From the NCBI GenBank assembly GCA_964545065.1, contig CAZJEO010000003.1, forward strand, positions 1 through 55,701: DNA of 55,701 bases, in the 5' to 3' direction. This document shows positions 43,178 through 51,957 of this stretch, piece by piece. The number at the start of each line of letters is the position of its first letter. Within the stretch, counting starts at the first letter, position 1. Source of the DNA: Candidatus Woesearchaeota archaeon. GTDB taxonomy: Archaea; Nanobdellota; Nanobdellia; Pacearchaeales; GW2011-AR1. The position numbers and the translations under genes were made by a program. The notes under the pieces are model-generated. The model worked only from the letters and a program-made list of their open reading frames with translations, ran no database searches and had not been told where the DNA came from.

Positions 43178-43399
43178 ATGGAAGAAGATAAAAAAAGTTT
43201 GGTTGGGAAAGTGTCTAAAGGATTAAAAATTTTTAAAAATGATATGTTGTATGATATAAGAGCTGTGAAGATTCTTTTTTGTCCGTGGAAATATTTTCCC
43301 GAAGGAAATTTTTGGGATAGAAAAATTGAAATTGATGGGGGCACTTCAGAAAGAGGGTATATAATGAGAATCTCACAATATAGAGTGGGTGTAAGGTAG
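43178..43399 (+). CDS. Hypothetical small protein (73 aa), doubtful
   Basis: It is an ATG ORF with GTTTAAAAAG ~25 nt upstream. No motif is recognisable, and an equally long antisense ORF overlaps it. Confidence 0.3.
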   Translation: MEEDKKSLVGKVSKGLKIFKNDMLYDIRAVKILFCPWKYFPEGNFWDRKIEIDGGTSERGYIMRISQYRVGVR

Positions 43400-43433
43400 G
43401 ACAAGTTATTCTTGGTTCAAGTTTTGAATAAAA

Positions 43434-44777
43434 TTATAACTTAATCTTTTGCCCATTTCCAATCAAATGAATTTCTTTATTTGCTTTGTATCCTAGTTCG
43501 CCTGCAAGTTCTACCATTGGTGCAAGTTGTTCGTGTGTACCATGAGCAGGAATTATGTGCTGTGGATGAATCAATGAAATCAAGTCCCTCAAGTCTTCTC
43601 TTCCTGCGTGTCCTGAAACATGAATGTCGTCAAAAATTCTAACGCCTGATTTTTTTAATCTTCTGTTTAATTGCTCTTTGTTTTCTATATTCTGTGGAGC
43701 AGGAATTGTTTTTGAAGAAAAAATAATATTGTCACTTGCTCTAAAATTAAAAGGAAGTTTATTTCTGGAAAGTCTATCCATTATACTTCCTGGTTCTCCT
43801 TGATGTCCTGTACAAACAACCAAAGATCCTTGTCTATTTTTGGCTACTCTTTTTAATGTTGATTCTACTTGTTTACTATAGCTTGCTAATTCTATATCTT
43901 TTTGAAAGGGGCAGAGATTAGCATTTATTGCAGAAGAAACATATTTCTTTAAGCTTCTTCCAATGAAGTAAACTTTTCTGTTTAATTTTTTTGAAAAATC
44001 AACTATGCTTTTGAGTCGTGCTATGTGCGACGAGAATGTTGAAACAAATATTGCAGACTTTTCGTTTTTGATTGTTAATAAAACTTCTTCGAGTAATGCT
44101 CTTGCTATTTTTTCGCTTGGGGTTTTTCTATCTGAGCCAGAATAAAGAGAATCTACAATTAAAACTTTGACACCTTCTTTTGCTATTTTTTTTAATGCCT
44201 CGTAATTTGGAGGTAAACCTAATACTGGCGTGTTATCTAATTTGAAATCATTGGCGTATAAAACAACTCCTTCTGGCGTGTGCAATGCCATCATTGAGGT
44301 TTGTATTGTTGAATGAGTTATATTTATGAAGTCCACTTTGTAGCTTCTTTTTTTGCCTTTTATTGTGATTGAAGAATTTGGGTTTACTGGTTTTATTTTA
44401 TTTGGGATTTTTATTCTCTCGTCCTTTAATATGCTTTTTAATACATTTACTGTAAAAGGTGTTCCGACGACAGGCGCGTTGTAACGATATGCCATATAAG
44501 GAATTGCTCCGATATGATCTAGATGTGCATGACCTAAAAGAATTGCTCTTACTTTTTTTCGTAATCCGAGTTTGTCTAAAACTAAATCATCTGGAAGTGC
44601 TTTAATGCTCCGGAGTTTTTTTTCAGAATACGCTTGTTGCTGGGTTTCTTGTTCTTGAAGTTCAATAATTGCAGGCAAATAAAAACCTGCATCAAAAATT
44701 ATCACATCGTCGCCCAAATCTACGACTGTCATATTTTTTCCTACTTCATTAAAACCACCAATTGTGTATACATCCAT
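43434..44777 (-). CDS. rnj: Archaeal RNase J (beta-CASP metallo-beta-lactamase)
   Basis: GHAHLDHIGAIPY is present, with no KH domains. The 447-aa size and HVSGHAGREDL near the C-terminus fit RNase J. Confidence 0.85.
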   Translation of the reverse strand: MDVYTIGGFNEVGKNMTVVDLGDDVIIFDAGFYLPAIIELQEQETQQQAYSEKKLRSIKALPDDLVLDKLGLRKKVRAILLGHAHLDHIGAIPYMAYRYNAPVVGTPFTVNVLKSILKDERIKIPNKIKPVNPNSSITIKGKKRSYKVDFINITHSTIQTSMMALHTPEGVVLYANDFKLDNTPVLGLPPNYEALKKIAKEGVKVLIVDSLYSGSDRKTPSEKIARALLEEVLLTIKNEKSAIFVSTFSSHIARLKSIVDFSKKLNRKVYFIGRSLKKYVSSAINANLCPFQKDIELASYSKQVESTLKRVAKNRQGSLVVCTGHQGEPGSIMDRLSRNKLPFNFRASDNIIFSSKTIPAPQNIENKEQLNRRLKKSGVRIFDDIHVSGHAGREDLRDLISLIHPQHIIPAHGTHEQLAPMVELAGELGYKANKEIHLIGNGQKIKL

Positions 44778-44807
44778 CTTTTTATGGTTTTAATTAGAGA
44801 ATGTAGT

Positions 44808-44972
44808 TTAAAAATGTTTTATGGAGAAAGAAGGTTCTATATTTTCTAAACTTTTTTTATCATTTGTTGGGTGGTAATGATCTACAAATGGTTCTATGGG
44901 AATTTTACAAAATACCTCTGCATCAGATTTATCCACAATTATTCCAATTGGATATGGTTTAAGTTCTCTCAT
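44808..44972 (-). CDS. Small protein (54 aa), hypothetical
   Basis: The ATG..TAA ORF (MRELKPYPIGIIVDKSDAEVFCKIPIEPFVDHYHP...) is below the track cut-off. It lies 30 nt upstream of rnj, with a TATA arm at a suitable distance. Confidence 0.35.
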   Translation of the reverse strand: MRELKPYPIGIIVDKSDAEVFCKIPIEPFVDHYHPTNDKKSLENIEPSFSIKHF

Positions 44973-44993
44973 GTATCTTTTTAAGAATCAAAG

Positions 44994-45013
44994 AAATATA
45001 AACATTTATATTT
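44994..45013. promoter_or_regulatory. Palindromic divergent TATA pair
   Basis: AAATATAAA-C-ATTTATATTT has perfect inverted arms. Each arm is ~25-28 nt from a divergent ATG (44972 on minus, 45034 on plus). Confidence 0.45.
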
Positions 45014-45033
45014 CTTAATGTATATGTTCTATT

Positions 45034-45309
45034 ATGAAATCATTGAAACCATCAATGCGTGAGAATAAAAGATATTTACTTGTAGAAGGAGAAAATCTAA
45101 AAGAAAATGTGGAAAAAGCTATTCTAGATTTTATTGGTGTGCTGGGCATGTCTAAAACAGGTTTGAGTTTTATTAAATCTAGCAGAAATTCGGCAGTTAT
45201 TGCTGTGAATAGGAAATCTGTGGATCATGTTCGTGCGAGTTTGGTTGTTTGGCCTGAAAAAATGGTTGTTAAAAAGGTTAGTGGGACTTTGAAAGGGTTG
45301 GGGAAATGA
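45034..45309 (+). CDS. RNase P protein component Pop5 (Rnp2)
   Basis: LKPSMRENKRYLLVE, LGMSKTGLSFIK, AVIAVNRKSVDHVRASL and VSGTLKGL parallel archaeal Pop5 (LPPTLRDKKRYIAF ... VSGTIKRL) as I recall it. Confidence 0.8.
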   Translation: MKSLKPSMRENKRYLLVEGENLKENVEKAILDFIGVLGMSKTGLSFIKSSRNSAVIAVNRKSVDHVRASLVVWPEKMVVKKVSGTLKGLGK

Positions 45310-45322
45310 ATAGAAAAATAGA

Positions 45323-45856
45323 ATGACACAAAATACTTACTCTTTGCCTTTTAAGAAGAAAGAATTAATTAAAGCTATTTCCCATCCAAAAGCTCATTTT
45401 GCACATTTTAAATATGCGATAGATTTTATTTTGCCAGAAGGAACTACAATTCTTGCTCCAAAAGCCGGGAAGGTTATTGATATTAAAGTTGACTCTAATT
45501 GCGGAGGGGCGGATCCAAAATATAATGATATGAAATATGCGAATTACATGACTATTCAACATAGTAACGGTGAATTTTCTCAATATGCTCATTTAAAACA
45601 TAACGGTTCGCTTGTTAAACTTGGGGACAAAGTTAAACAAGGTCAACCAATTGCATTAAGTGGAAATACTGGATTTACCACAACACCACATTTACATTTT
45701 CAAATTTTCAAATTAAATAATACTAAAATCGGATGGAAATCTTTGAAAGTTAGATTTAAAGAAAAAATTATAATTGATACTTCAAATAAACCAATTCCAA
45801 AGAAATTTAATAAAACTGAAAAAGAATTAGAAAGGGTGAGGGGGTTGGGGAAATGA
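45323..45856 (+). CDS. M23/LytM-family peptidase-like protein (no signal peptide)
   Basis: GDKVKQGQPIALSGNTGFTTTPHLHFQI matches the M23 C-terminal HxH block. The upstream AIDF...APKAGKV is beta-barrel-like. The canonical HxxxD is not cleanly present. Confidence 0.65.
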   Translation: MTQNTYSLPFKKKELIKAISHPKAHFAHFKYAIDFILPEGTTILAPKAGKVIDIKVDSNCGGADPKYNDMKYANYMTIQHSNGEFSQYAHLKHNGSLVKLGDKVKQGQPIALSGNTGFTTTPHLHFQIFKLNNTKIGWKSLKVRFKEKIIIDTSNKPIPKKFNKTEKELERVRGLGK

Positions 45857-46071
45857 TAGATAAGGGTTTTATTAAAAATTTAAAAGAATTTTTTGATGAT
45901 CGCATGATATTTAGAAAAAAGCCATTGAATTTTATGGGACACTGCAATCCAGAAGAACAAGAACTAGTGAGATTGTACTTTCAATATAAGATATTCAAAT
46001 GGACTAAATGGCTTGTATTTGCTACTTGGGCTTTGGCGATTGGAACAATCTTAGTTTTAATATTCAAATAA
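45853..46071 (+). CDS. Small membrane protein (72 aa)
   Basis: Its start overlaps the upstream gene as ATGA. The C-terminal TM is WLVFATWALAIGTILVLIF. Confidence 0.45.
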   Translation: MIDKGFIKNLKEFFDDRMIFRKKPLNFMGHCNPEEQELVRLYFQYKIFKWTKWLVFATWALAIGTILVLIFK

Positions 46072-46178
46072 TTTCTATGTAAAAAACAATAGAAAAACTT
46101 TTAAACACATATTTCTTGTGAATTTTGGAGAGAAAAGAAATAGGAATTTTATTATAAATTCTCGTAATGTAAAATACA

Positions 46179-46904
46179 ATGGAAATGCCAATAGACATGC
46201 AACACCAAGCAATGGGCTATGATCGGACTGCGACTATGTTTTCGCCGCAAGGTCACTTATTGCAGGTTGAATATGCTGAAAAGACAGTTCGACTTGGTAG
46301 TGCGAGCATTGGAATAGTTTGTGTTGACGGGGTTTTTATAATTGCTGACATGAGGGTTGAAGACAAGTTAATTTGCCAAAAATCTGCGAACAAAGTTTAT
46401 GAAATTGATTCTCATATTATTGCAAGTGTTGCAGGAATTGTTTCTGATGCTAGGGTTTTGATAGATAAATCGCAAGTTTTGGCTCAACAACACAGAATAA
46501 CTTATGATTCAGAAATTGAACCAGAACTAATAATCAAAGATATTTCAAACACAAAGCAACAGTTCACTCAGTATGGTGGAGCAAGACCGTTCGGAGTTTC
46601 ATTGATGGTTGCTGGAATTAATTCTGGAAAACCAGAACTTTATACAAGTGATGTTACTGGAAATTATTTTTCTTATAATGCGAATGCTATTGGAGAAAAA
46701 GATGACGAGATAAAAGAACTCTTAAGGGAAAGGTACAACGAGAATTTGACGATGAAAAAGGGTGTGAAGATAGCATTAGACATTTTCAAGGAAATTCAAG
46801 GAGACAAGTTCAACATAACCAAGTTTGAGCTTTGCTATATTCCTAGTGAAGATGGGAAAGTTGTTAGAATTTATGAAGATGAATTAGAGGAATTTGTAAA
46901 ATAA
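46179..46904 (+). CDS. psmA: Proteasome subunit alpha
   Basis: It contains the GYDRTATMFSPQGHLLQVEYA alpha-subunit signature. Length is 241 aa. Confidence 0.9.
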   Translation: MEMPIDMQHQAMGYDRTATMFSPQGHLLQVEYAEKTVRLGSASIGIVCVDGVFIIADMRVEDKLICQKSANKVYEIDSHIIASVAGIVSDARVLIDKSQVLAQQHRITYDSEIEPELIIKDISNTKQQFTQYGGARPFGVSLMVAGINSGKPELYTSDVTGNYFSYNANAIGEKDDEIKELLRERYNENLTMKKGVKIALDIFKEIQGDKFNITKFELCYIPSEDGKVVRIYEDELEEFVK

Positions 46905-46905
46905 A

Positions 46906-47259
46906 ATGATAACTAAATTAAATGGAAGATGGTTTGGAAAAAAATCGTCTTGTGAAACAGGAAGAGATTTGGGAAACTATGAAGATAGAGGTCATTATCA
47001 AAAAATAATGGATAATGCAGTACGTGAGTTTGAAAGTGATTTTGATATTAAACCTATTTTAGGCCAGAGTGGTCCTGTTAATGGAGGAGTTCTCTTTAGA
47101 AAAGGAGGGAAAATCTCATATTATCGATTTAAAGTGGAAGCATTTGCTTTGAAAATTAAGAGGGTACAAGAATGTGAAGAAATGATAGGAGATATTAATA
47201 GGTTTAACGAAATGCTTTCAAAAAAATTAGGATTGGAAAGAGGGATTATTAACGAATAA
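46906..47259 (+). CDS. Hypothetical protein (117 aa) inside exosome superoperon
   Basis: It is tightly packed between psmA and the SBDS gene, 1 nt from each. No motif recognised. Confidence 0.5.
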   Translation: MITKLNGRWFGKKSSCETGRDLGNYEDRGHYQKIMDNAVREFESDFDIKPILGQSGPVNGGVLFRKGGKISYYRFKVEAFALKIKRVQECEEMIGDINRFNEMLSKKLGLERGIINE

Positions 47260-47260
47260 A

Positions 47261-47941
47261 ATGACACAAACAACAGCACGAATTAAAAAGGCGGGAAAGA
47301 ACTTTGAAATCATGGTAGACATGGATAATGCTTTGGCTTTTAAGAAAGGAGAAGGAAGTGAGAATTTTTTAGAGGTTGATAGGATTTTTTCTGACGCTAA
47401 AAAGGGCGAGGCTGCATCTTCAAGTGATTTGAAAGAAGCGTTTAAGACAGAAGATATTAATGAGATTGCTGGAAAAATTGTCAAAGATGGAGAGATTCTT
47501 GTGAGTCAAGAACATAGAAGTGACGAGCAAGAGAAAAAAATCAAACAGGTTGTTGATTTTTTAGCAACTAATGCGACTAATCCTCAAACAAATAATCCGC
47601 ACACACCTGAAAGAATAAAAAGTGCGATGCAAGAAGCGCATGTGAATGTTAAGAATGGTCCTGTAGAAAATCAAATTAAGGAAATTGTAGAGCAATTGAG
47701 CAAAATAATTCCAATAAAAATTGAAACAAAGAAAGTGAAGATAACTATTCCTGCGGCGCAAACAGGACAGGCTTATGGAGTAATAAACCAATACAAGGAA
47801 GATGAAACTTGGTTGGATGACGGAAGCTTGGAAGTTGTTGTTAGAGTTCCTTCTGGAATTATAATTGATTTTTATGATAAATTGAATTCAATAACTCATG
47901 GTAGTGCATTGACAGAAGAAATTAAGGAGGATGTAGAATGA
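47261..47941 (+). CDS. SBDS/Sdo1-family ribosome maturation protein
   Basis: ARIKKAGKNFEIMVDMDNALAFKKGE is typical of the SBDS N-terminal domain. Length is 226 aa and the operon context fits. Confidence 0.85.
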   Translation: MTQTTARIKKAGKNFEIMVDMDNALAFKKGEGSENFLEVDRIFSDAKKGEAASSSDLKEAFKTEDINEIAGKIVKDGEILVSQEHRSDEQEKKIKQVVDFLATNATNPQTNNPHTPERIKSAMQEAHVNVKNGPVENQIKEIVEQLSKIIPIKIETKKVKITIPAAQTGQAYGVINQYKEDETWLDDGSLEVVVRVPSGIIIDFYDKLNSITHGSALTEEIKEDVE

Positions 47942-47984
47942 TATTAATGGAAAGATTAAAAAACCCAGATTTGGAGGTATTAAG

Positions 47985-48650
47985 ATGACAAATAGAGAAA
48001 TAGTGATTCCAGGAGAAGTTGTTGCAAAGGGCGGAGATTATTTGCCTGGTGAAGGAACAGTGAAGAGGGGGGAAGAAATTGTGGCGATTAAGTTTGGATT
48101 ATCAGAAGAGCATAATAATCTTGTAAAAGTTATTCCGTTGTCTGGAGTTTATCAACCACGAAGAGGAAATATTGTAATTGGAAAAGTTGAGAACATGACA
48201 TTCAATGGTTGGTTAATTGATATTGGAACTTCTGGAAATGGTTTTTTGCCTGTGAGCGAAGTGCCACGATATGTTAATAAAAATGATTTGGCAGAAGTCT
48301 TAGATTTTGGAGACATGGTTGTTGCACAAATATCAGAAGTTAATAAACGAGGTGTAGATTTAACAATTCGGTCAAGAGGACTTGGAAGATTAGACAAAGG
48401 TATAATTATTGAAATAAACCCTAATAAAGTTCCAAGAGTGATTGGGAAGGAAGGAAGTATGATTTCTATGATAAAAGATGAAACAAAATGCCGAATCACT
48501 GTTGGACAAAACGGTTTGATTTGGATTGACGGAGATTCTGTAGAAGACGAATTATTTGCAAAGAAAGCTATTTTGTATGTTACTGAAAGATCATTAGTTT
48601 CTGGTTTAACAGAAGAATTAAAAAATTGGTTTGAGGAGGGGAAGAAATGA
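47985..48650 (+). CDS. rrp4: Exosome complex RNA-binding protein Rrp4
   Basis: The S1-like core is GNIVIGKVENMTFNGWLIDIG and the KH domain is KVPRVIGKEGSMISMIKDETKCRITVGQNG. GGAGG lies 7 nt upstream of the ATG. Confidence 0.85.
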   Translation: MTNREIVIPGEVVAKGGDYLPGEGTVKRGEEIVAIKFGLSEEHNNLVKVIPLSGVYQPRRGNIVIGKVENMTFNGWLIDIGTSGNGFLPVSEVPRYVNKNDLAEVLDFGDMVVAQISEVNKRGVDLTIRSRGLGRLDKGIIIEINPNKVPRVIGKEGSMISMIKDETKCRITVGQNGLIWIDGDSVEDELFAKKAILYVTERSLVSGLTEELKNWFEEGKK

Positions 48651-48835
48651 AATTAGCTCCATTAATTGCTTTCTCAGTATTATTTGAAGAAGAATATGGT
48701 AAAATATCAAAATATTTTTCTGCTCCTTTCATTAACGGGAAAAGACATTATCGTGAAATAAGAACTCGGTTGCCGAACAATAGAATTATTAATCAAAGAG
48801 CGCAGATTCTTCAATATGGGAGGAGAGAAAAATGA
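48647..48835 (+). CDS. Small basic protein (62 aa), hypothetical
   Basis: It exactly fills the rrp4-rrp41 gap with ATGA overlaps at both ends. GAGGAGGGG lies upstream of its ATG. No motif recognised. Confidence 0.35.
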   Translation: MKLAPLIAFSVLFEEEYGKISKYFSAPFINGKRHYREIRTRLPNNRIINQRAQILQYGRREK

Positions 48836-49533
48836 CAACTAAAGAATTTAAACGACCAGATGGAAGAAAAGTTGATGAACTTAGACCGATGACTGCAAAA
48901 GTTGGCGTTGTTCCGAATGCTGATGGAAGTGCTATGTTTTCGTTTGGAGATACAATTGCTGTTGCCGCTGTTTATGGACCTAAGAAAATGCACCCGCAAC
49001 ATAGTCAAGATCCTGAAAAAGGAACATTGAGATGTACTTACAACATGATTAGTTTTTCAGTTACAGATAGAATACGTCCTGGACCTTCACGAAGAAGTAC
49101 TGAGATAAGCAAGATAACTGGATGGGCTTTAGACCCTATTGTGATGATTGATGATTTCCCTTCAGATGTTGTAGATGTTCACATAAGTATTCTTCAAGCA
49201 AATGCTTCAACAAGATGCGCTGGAATAAATGCTGCTGCTATGGCTTTAGCACATGCTGGAGTTCCAATGAAGAATCTTGTTTCAAGTGTTTCAATTGGGA
49301 AATTAGACAAGCAATTAGTAGTAGATGTAAATAAATATGAAGAAGATTGGGAAGAAGGAGAAGGAGCAACAGACATTCCAATAAGTATGACTGGTGATGG
49401 GAAAATTACACATATTCAACTTGATGGGAAAATAGACAAGGAACAATTAAAAGAAGCTGTTAAACTTGCTGAGAAAGCGTGCAAGGAAATTTATGAAATT
49501 CAGAAAAAGGCTTTGAAGGAGGTTGGGAAATGA
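48832..49533 (+). CDS. rrp41: Exosome complex exonuclease Rrp41 (RNase PH-like)
   Basis: It contains RPDGRKVDELRPMTAKVGVVPNADGSAMFSFGDTIAVAAVYGP. Length is 233 aa. Confidence 0.9.
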   Translation: MTTKEFKRPDGRKVDELRPMTAKVGVVPNADGSAMFSFGDTIAVAAVYGPKKMHPQHSQDPEKGTLRCTYNMISFSVTDRIRPGPSRRSTEISKITGWALDPIVMIDDFPSDVVDVHISILQANASTRCAGINAAAMALAHAGVPMKNLVSSVSIGKLDKQLVVDVNKYEEDWEEGEGATDIPISMTGDGKITHIQLDGKIDKEQLKEAVKLAEKACKEIYEIQKKALKEVGK

Positions 49534-50330
49534 TAGAAACACCAAATATAACAAAAGAAAGAATTATAGAATATTTGAAACAAGGTAAAAGGTTTGATGG
49601 TAGAAAACTTGATGAATTTAGAGAAATTTCTATTGAGACTGGTGTTTCAAAAAATGCTGAAGGAAGTGCGCGAGTTAAAATTGGAAAGACAGAAGTTTTG
49701 GTTGGAGTTAAAATGGCTGTAGGTGCACCTTATGATGATTCTCCTAATAAAGGAAATTTAATGGTAACTGCAGAATTAATTCCATTGAGTTCGCCGAGAT
49801 TTGAGAATGGACCTCCAAAATTTGAAGCAATAGAACTTGGAAGAGTTATTGACAGAGGAATAAGGGAAAGCAAATTCATTGAACTTGATAAATTATGTAT
49901 TAAAGAAGGAGAAAAAGTTTGGACTGTTTTCATAGATATTTATTCAATAAACGATGATGGTAATTTACTTGATGCTGCTGGAATCGGGGCAATTGCTGCT
50001 TTAATGAATTCGAAAATTCCAAAGTATGATACTGAAAATGAAAAGGTTGTTTTTGGAGAATGGACTGATGAAAAATTATCTTTGAATAAAGATTTGCCAA
50101 TATCTTTAACTGTGCACAAGATTGGTGATAGTTTAATTGTTGACCCGACACGAGAAGAAGAAGATATCAGCGAGACAAGAGTTACAATGGAAAGTGCTGA
50201 TGGTGTAATCTCTTCAATGCAAAAAGGAAATTCTGTGGCTTTAGAAGTTAAAGAATTTGAAAATATTTTGGATTTGATTACAAAAACAGAAAGAATAGTT
50301 TTAAAAAAAATAGAGAAGTCTTTAAAGTAA
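49530..50330 (+). CDS. rrp42: Exosome complex component Rrp42
   Basis: It contains GKRFDGRKLDEFREISIETGVSKNAEGSARVKIGKTEVLVGV. Length is 266 aa. Confidence 0.9.
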   Translation: MIETPNITKERIIEYLKQGKRFDGRKLDEFREISIETGVSKNAEGSARVKIGKTEVLVGVKMAVGAPYDDSPNKGNLMVTAELIPLSSPRFENGPPKFEAIELGRVIDRGIRESKFIELDKLCIKEGEKVWTVFIDIYSINDDGNLLDAAGIGAIAALMNSKIPKYDTENEKVVFGEWTDEKLSLNKDLPISLTVHKIGDSLIVDPTREEEDISETRVTMESADGVISSMQKGNSVALEVKEFENILDLITKTERIVLKKIEKSLK

Positions 50331-50331
50331 A

Positions 50332-50709
50332 ATGACAGAACAAGAATTTTCAAAATACGAGAGAGCAAGAATTATTGGAGCAAGAGCTTTGCAAATTTCT
50401 ATGAATGCTCCTTTGTTGATTAAGATTGAAGAAGATGATCTTGAGAAGATAAATTATGATGCTATTAAAATTGCAGAGATAGAATTGGACTCAAATATTC
50501 TTCCGATTTCTGTGAACAAGCCTCTTCCAAGCAAAAAAGAAGAAGTATTGAAAAGGGCTAAAGAAAAGAAACTCAGCGACGAGAAAGCAGAAGAAAAAGA
50601 AGCTGAGGAAGAACAAGAGATTGCTAAGGAAGGAGAGATTATGGAACTTGCTAATCCAGAAGATGAAAGTGGTGAAGAAGCGCCGAAAAGCAATAGTGAA
50701 GCAGAATAA
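50332..50709 (+). CDS. rpoK: DNA-directed RNA polymerase subunit K (Rpo6) with K/E-rich C-terminal tail
   Basis: SKYERARIIGARALQISMNAP is the Rpb6/RpoK core. It is followed by a ~55-aa acidic/lysine-rich extension. Confidence 0.85.
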   Translation: MTEQEFSKYERARIIGARALQISMNAPLLIKIEEDDLEKINYDAIKIAEIELDSNILPISVNKPLPSKKEEVLKRAKEKKLSDEKAEEKEAEEEQEIAKEGEIMELANPEDESGEEAPKSNSEAE

Positions 50710-50743
50710 TTAATTATAAAAAGTCTTATTTTCTTTTCTGATT

Positions 50744-51925
50744 ATGAAGATTAATGGGGTTGATGCTAGAATTGTTTTAGATTCTAGGAAAGATAAAACA
50801 ATTCTTGTTTCTATAAAAACTAATGTCGGTGAGTTTTCTGCGTCGTCGCCTAGTGGGAAATCTAAAGGCAAGTATGAGAAAAAGTCGTATAAAAAAGATT
50901 TGAAAGGTGATGAGCAAACAATCAAAAAGTTTTCTGATTATTTTTCTGAAGAGGCGTTGGAGAAGTTTGATGATTTGCGGAGAGTGGAAGATATTATGGA
51001 GGGACATGTTGGTGCGAACACAATGTTTGCATTTGAATCTGCGATTTTAAAAGCCATGGCTAAAGAGCAGAAAAAAGAAGTCTGGCAAATTATTAATCCT
51101 AATGCTAAAGGATTTCCCAGATTGGTTGGAAATTGTATTGGTGGTGGAAGTCATTCTTCCTTGAGTAAAAAACCAGATTTTCAAGAGTTTGAATTAATCC
51201 CTAAATCAAAATCAGTTAAAGAATCTTTTGAGACAAATAAAAAAGCAAAAGAAAAAATTGAGTATCTTTTGAAAAAAGATGATGAAAATTTTGAATCTGG
51301 AAAAACAGATGAAGATGCTTGGGCTACTTCATTGAATGAAAAAGAAGTTTTAGAAGTCTTGAATCACCATGACCTACTTGCTGGGGCAAGGACGCCTAAA
51401 ATTCCTCTGGGAATTGATATTGCTGCTTCAAGTTTTTACAAGAGGAAAAAATATAATTATGAAAATCCCTTGTTGAAAAGGAGTGAAGAAGAACAATTCA
51501 CTTACCTTGTTAATTTGATTAAAAATTTTGATGTTTTTTATATTGAAGATCCTTTTGGCGAAGAAGATTTTGAAAGTTTTGCTAAGTTTTTGAAGAAGTT
51601 TCCAGATAGATTAATTGTTGGCGATGATCTTATTGTGACGAATCTTAAGAGATTGGAAAAAGCTATAAAAATGAAAGCTGTTAATGCTATAATTGTAAAG
51701 CCGAATCAAATTGGTTCTTTGATTGAGGTTAAGGAAGTTTGTGAGCTTGCGAAAAAAAATAACATTCAACTTGTGTTTTCGCACAGGAGTGGTGAGACAG
51801 AGGAAAATATTTTAGCTGACTTGGCTTTTGGATTTGGTGCTGATTTTTTTAAATCTGGAATTACTGGTAAGGGGAGAGAGGAGAAGATTGAGAGGTTGAT
51901 TGAGATTGAAGAGGGGATGAAGTAA
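50744..51925 (+). CDS. eno: Enolase (short, divergent)
   Basis: ARIVLDSRKDKT lies at the N-terminus. Metal/catalytic blocks are GIDIAASSFY, YIEDPFGEEDF, VGDDLIVTN, IVKPNQIGSL and SHRSGETEE. Length is 393 aa. Confidence 0.85.
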   Translation: MKINGVDARIVLDSRKDKTILVSIKTNVGEFSASSPSGKSKGKYEKKSYKKDLKGDEQTIKKFSDYFSEEALEKFDDLRRVEDIMEGHVGANTMFAFESAILKAMAKEQKKEVWQIINPNAKGFPRLVGNCIGGGSHSSLSKKPDFQEFELIPKSKSVKESFETNKKAKEKIEYLLKKDDENFESGKTDEDAWATSLNEKEVLEVLNHHDLLAGARTPKIPLGIDIAASSFYKRKKYNYENPLLKRSEEEQFTYLVNLIKNFDVFYIEDPFGEEDFESFAKFLKKFPDRLIVGDDLIVTNLKRLEKAIKMKAVNAIIVKPNQIGSLIEVKEVCELAKKNNIQLVFSHRSGETEENILADLAFGFGADFFKSGITGKGREEKIERLIEIEEGMK

Positions 51926-51957
51926 AACTTTAAAAACTAAATTATCCCTGATTTCTT

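Noticed and set aside
51361-51420. GC-richer patch in enolase (ccatgacctacttgctggggcaaggacgcc) as a remnant of family-1 element
   Set aside because: Only a short CTAC..GGGGCAAG resemblance exists, with no hairpin. It lies just upstream of the conserved GIDIAASS metal-binding block, so ordinary coding constraint is the simpler explanation.
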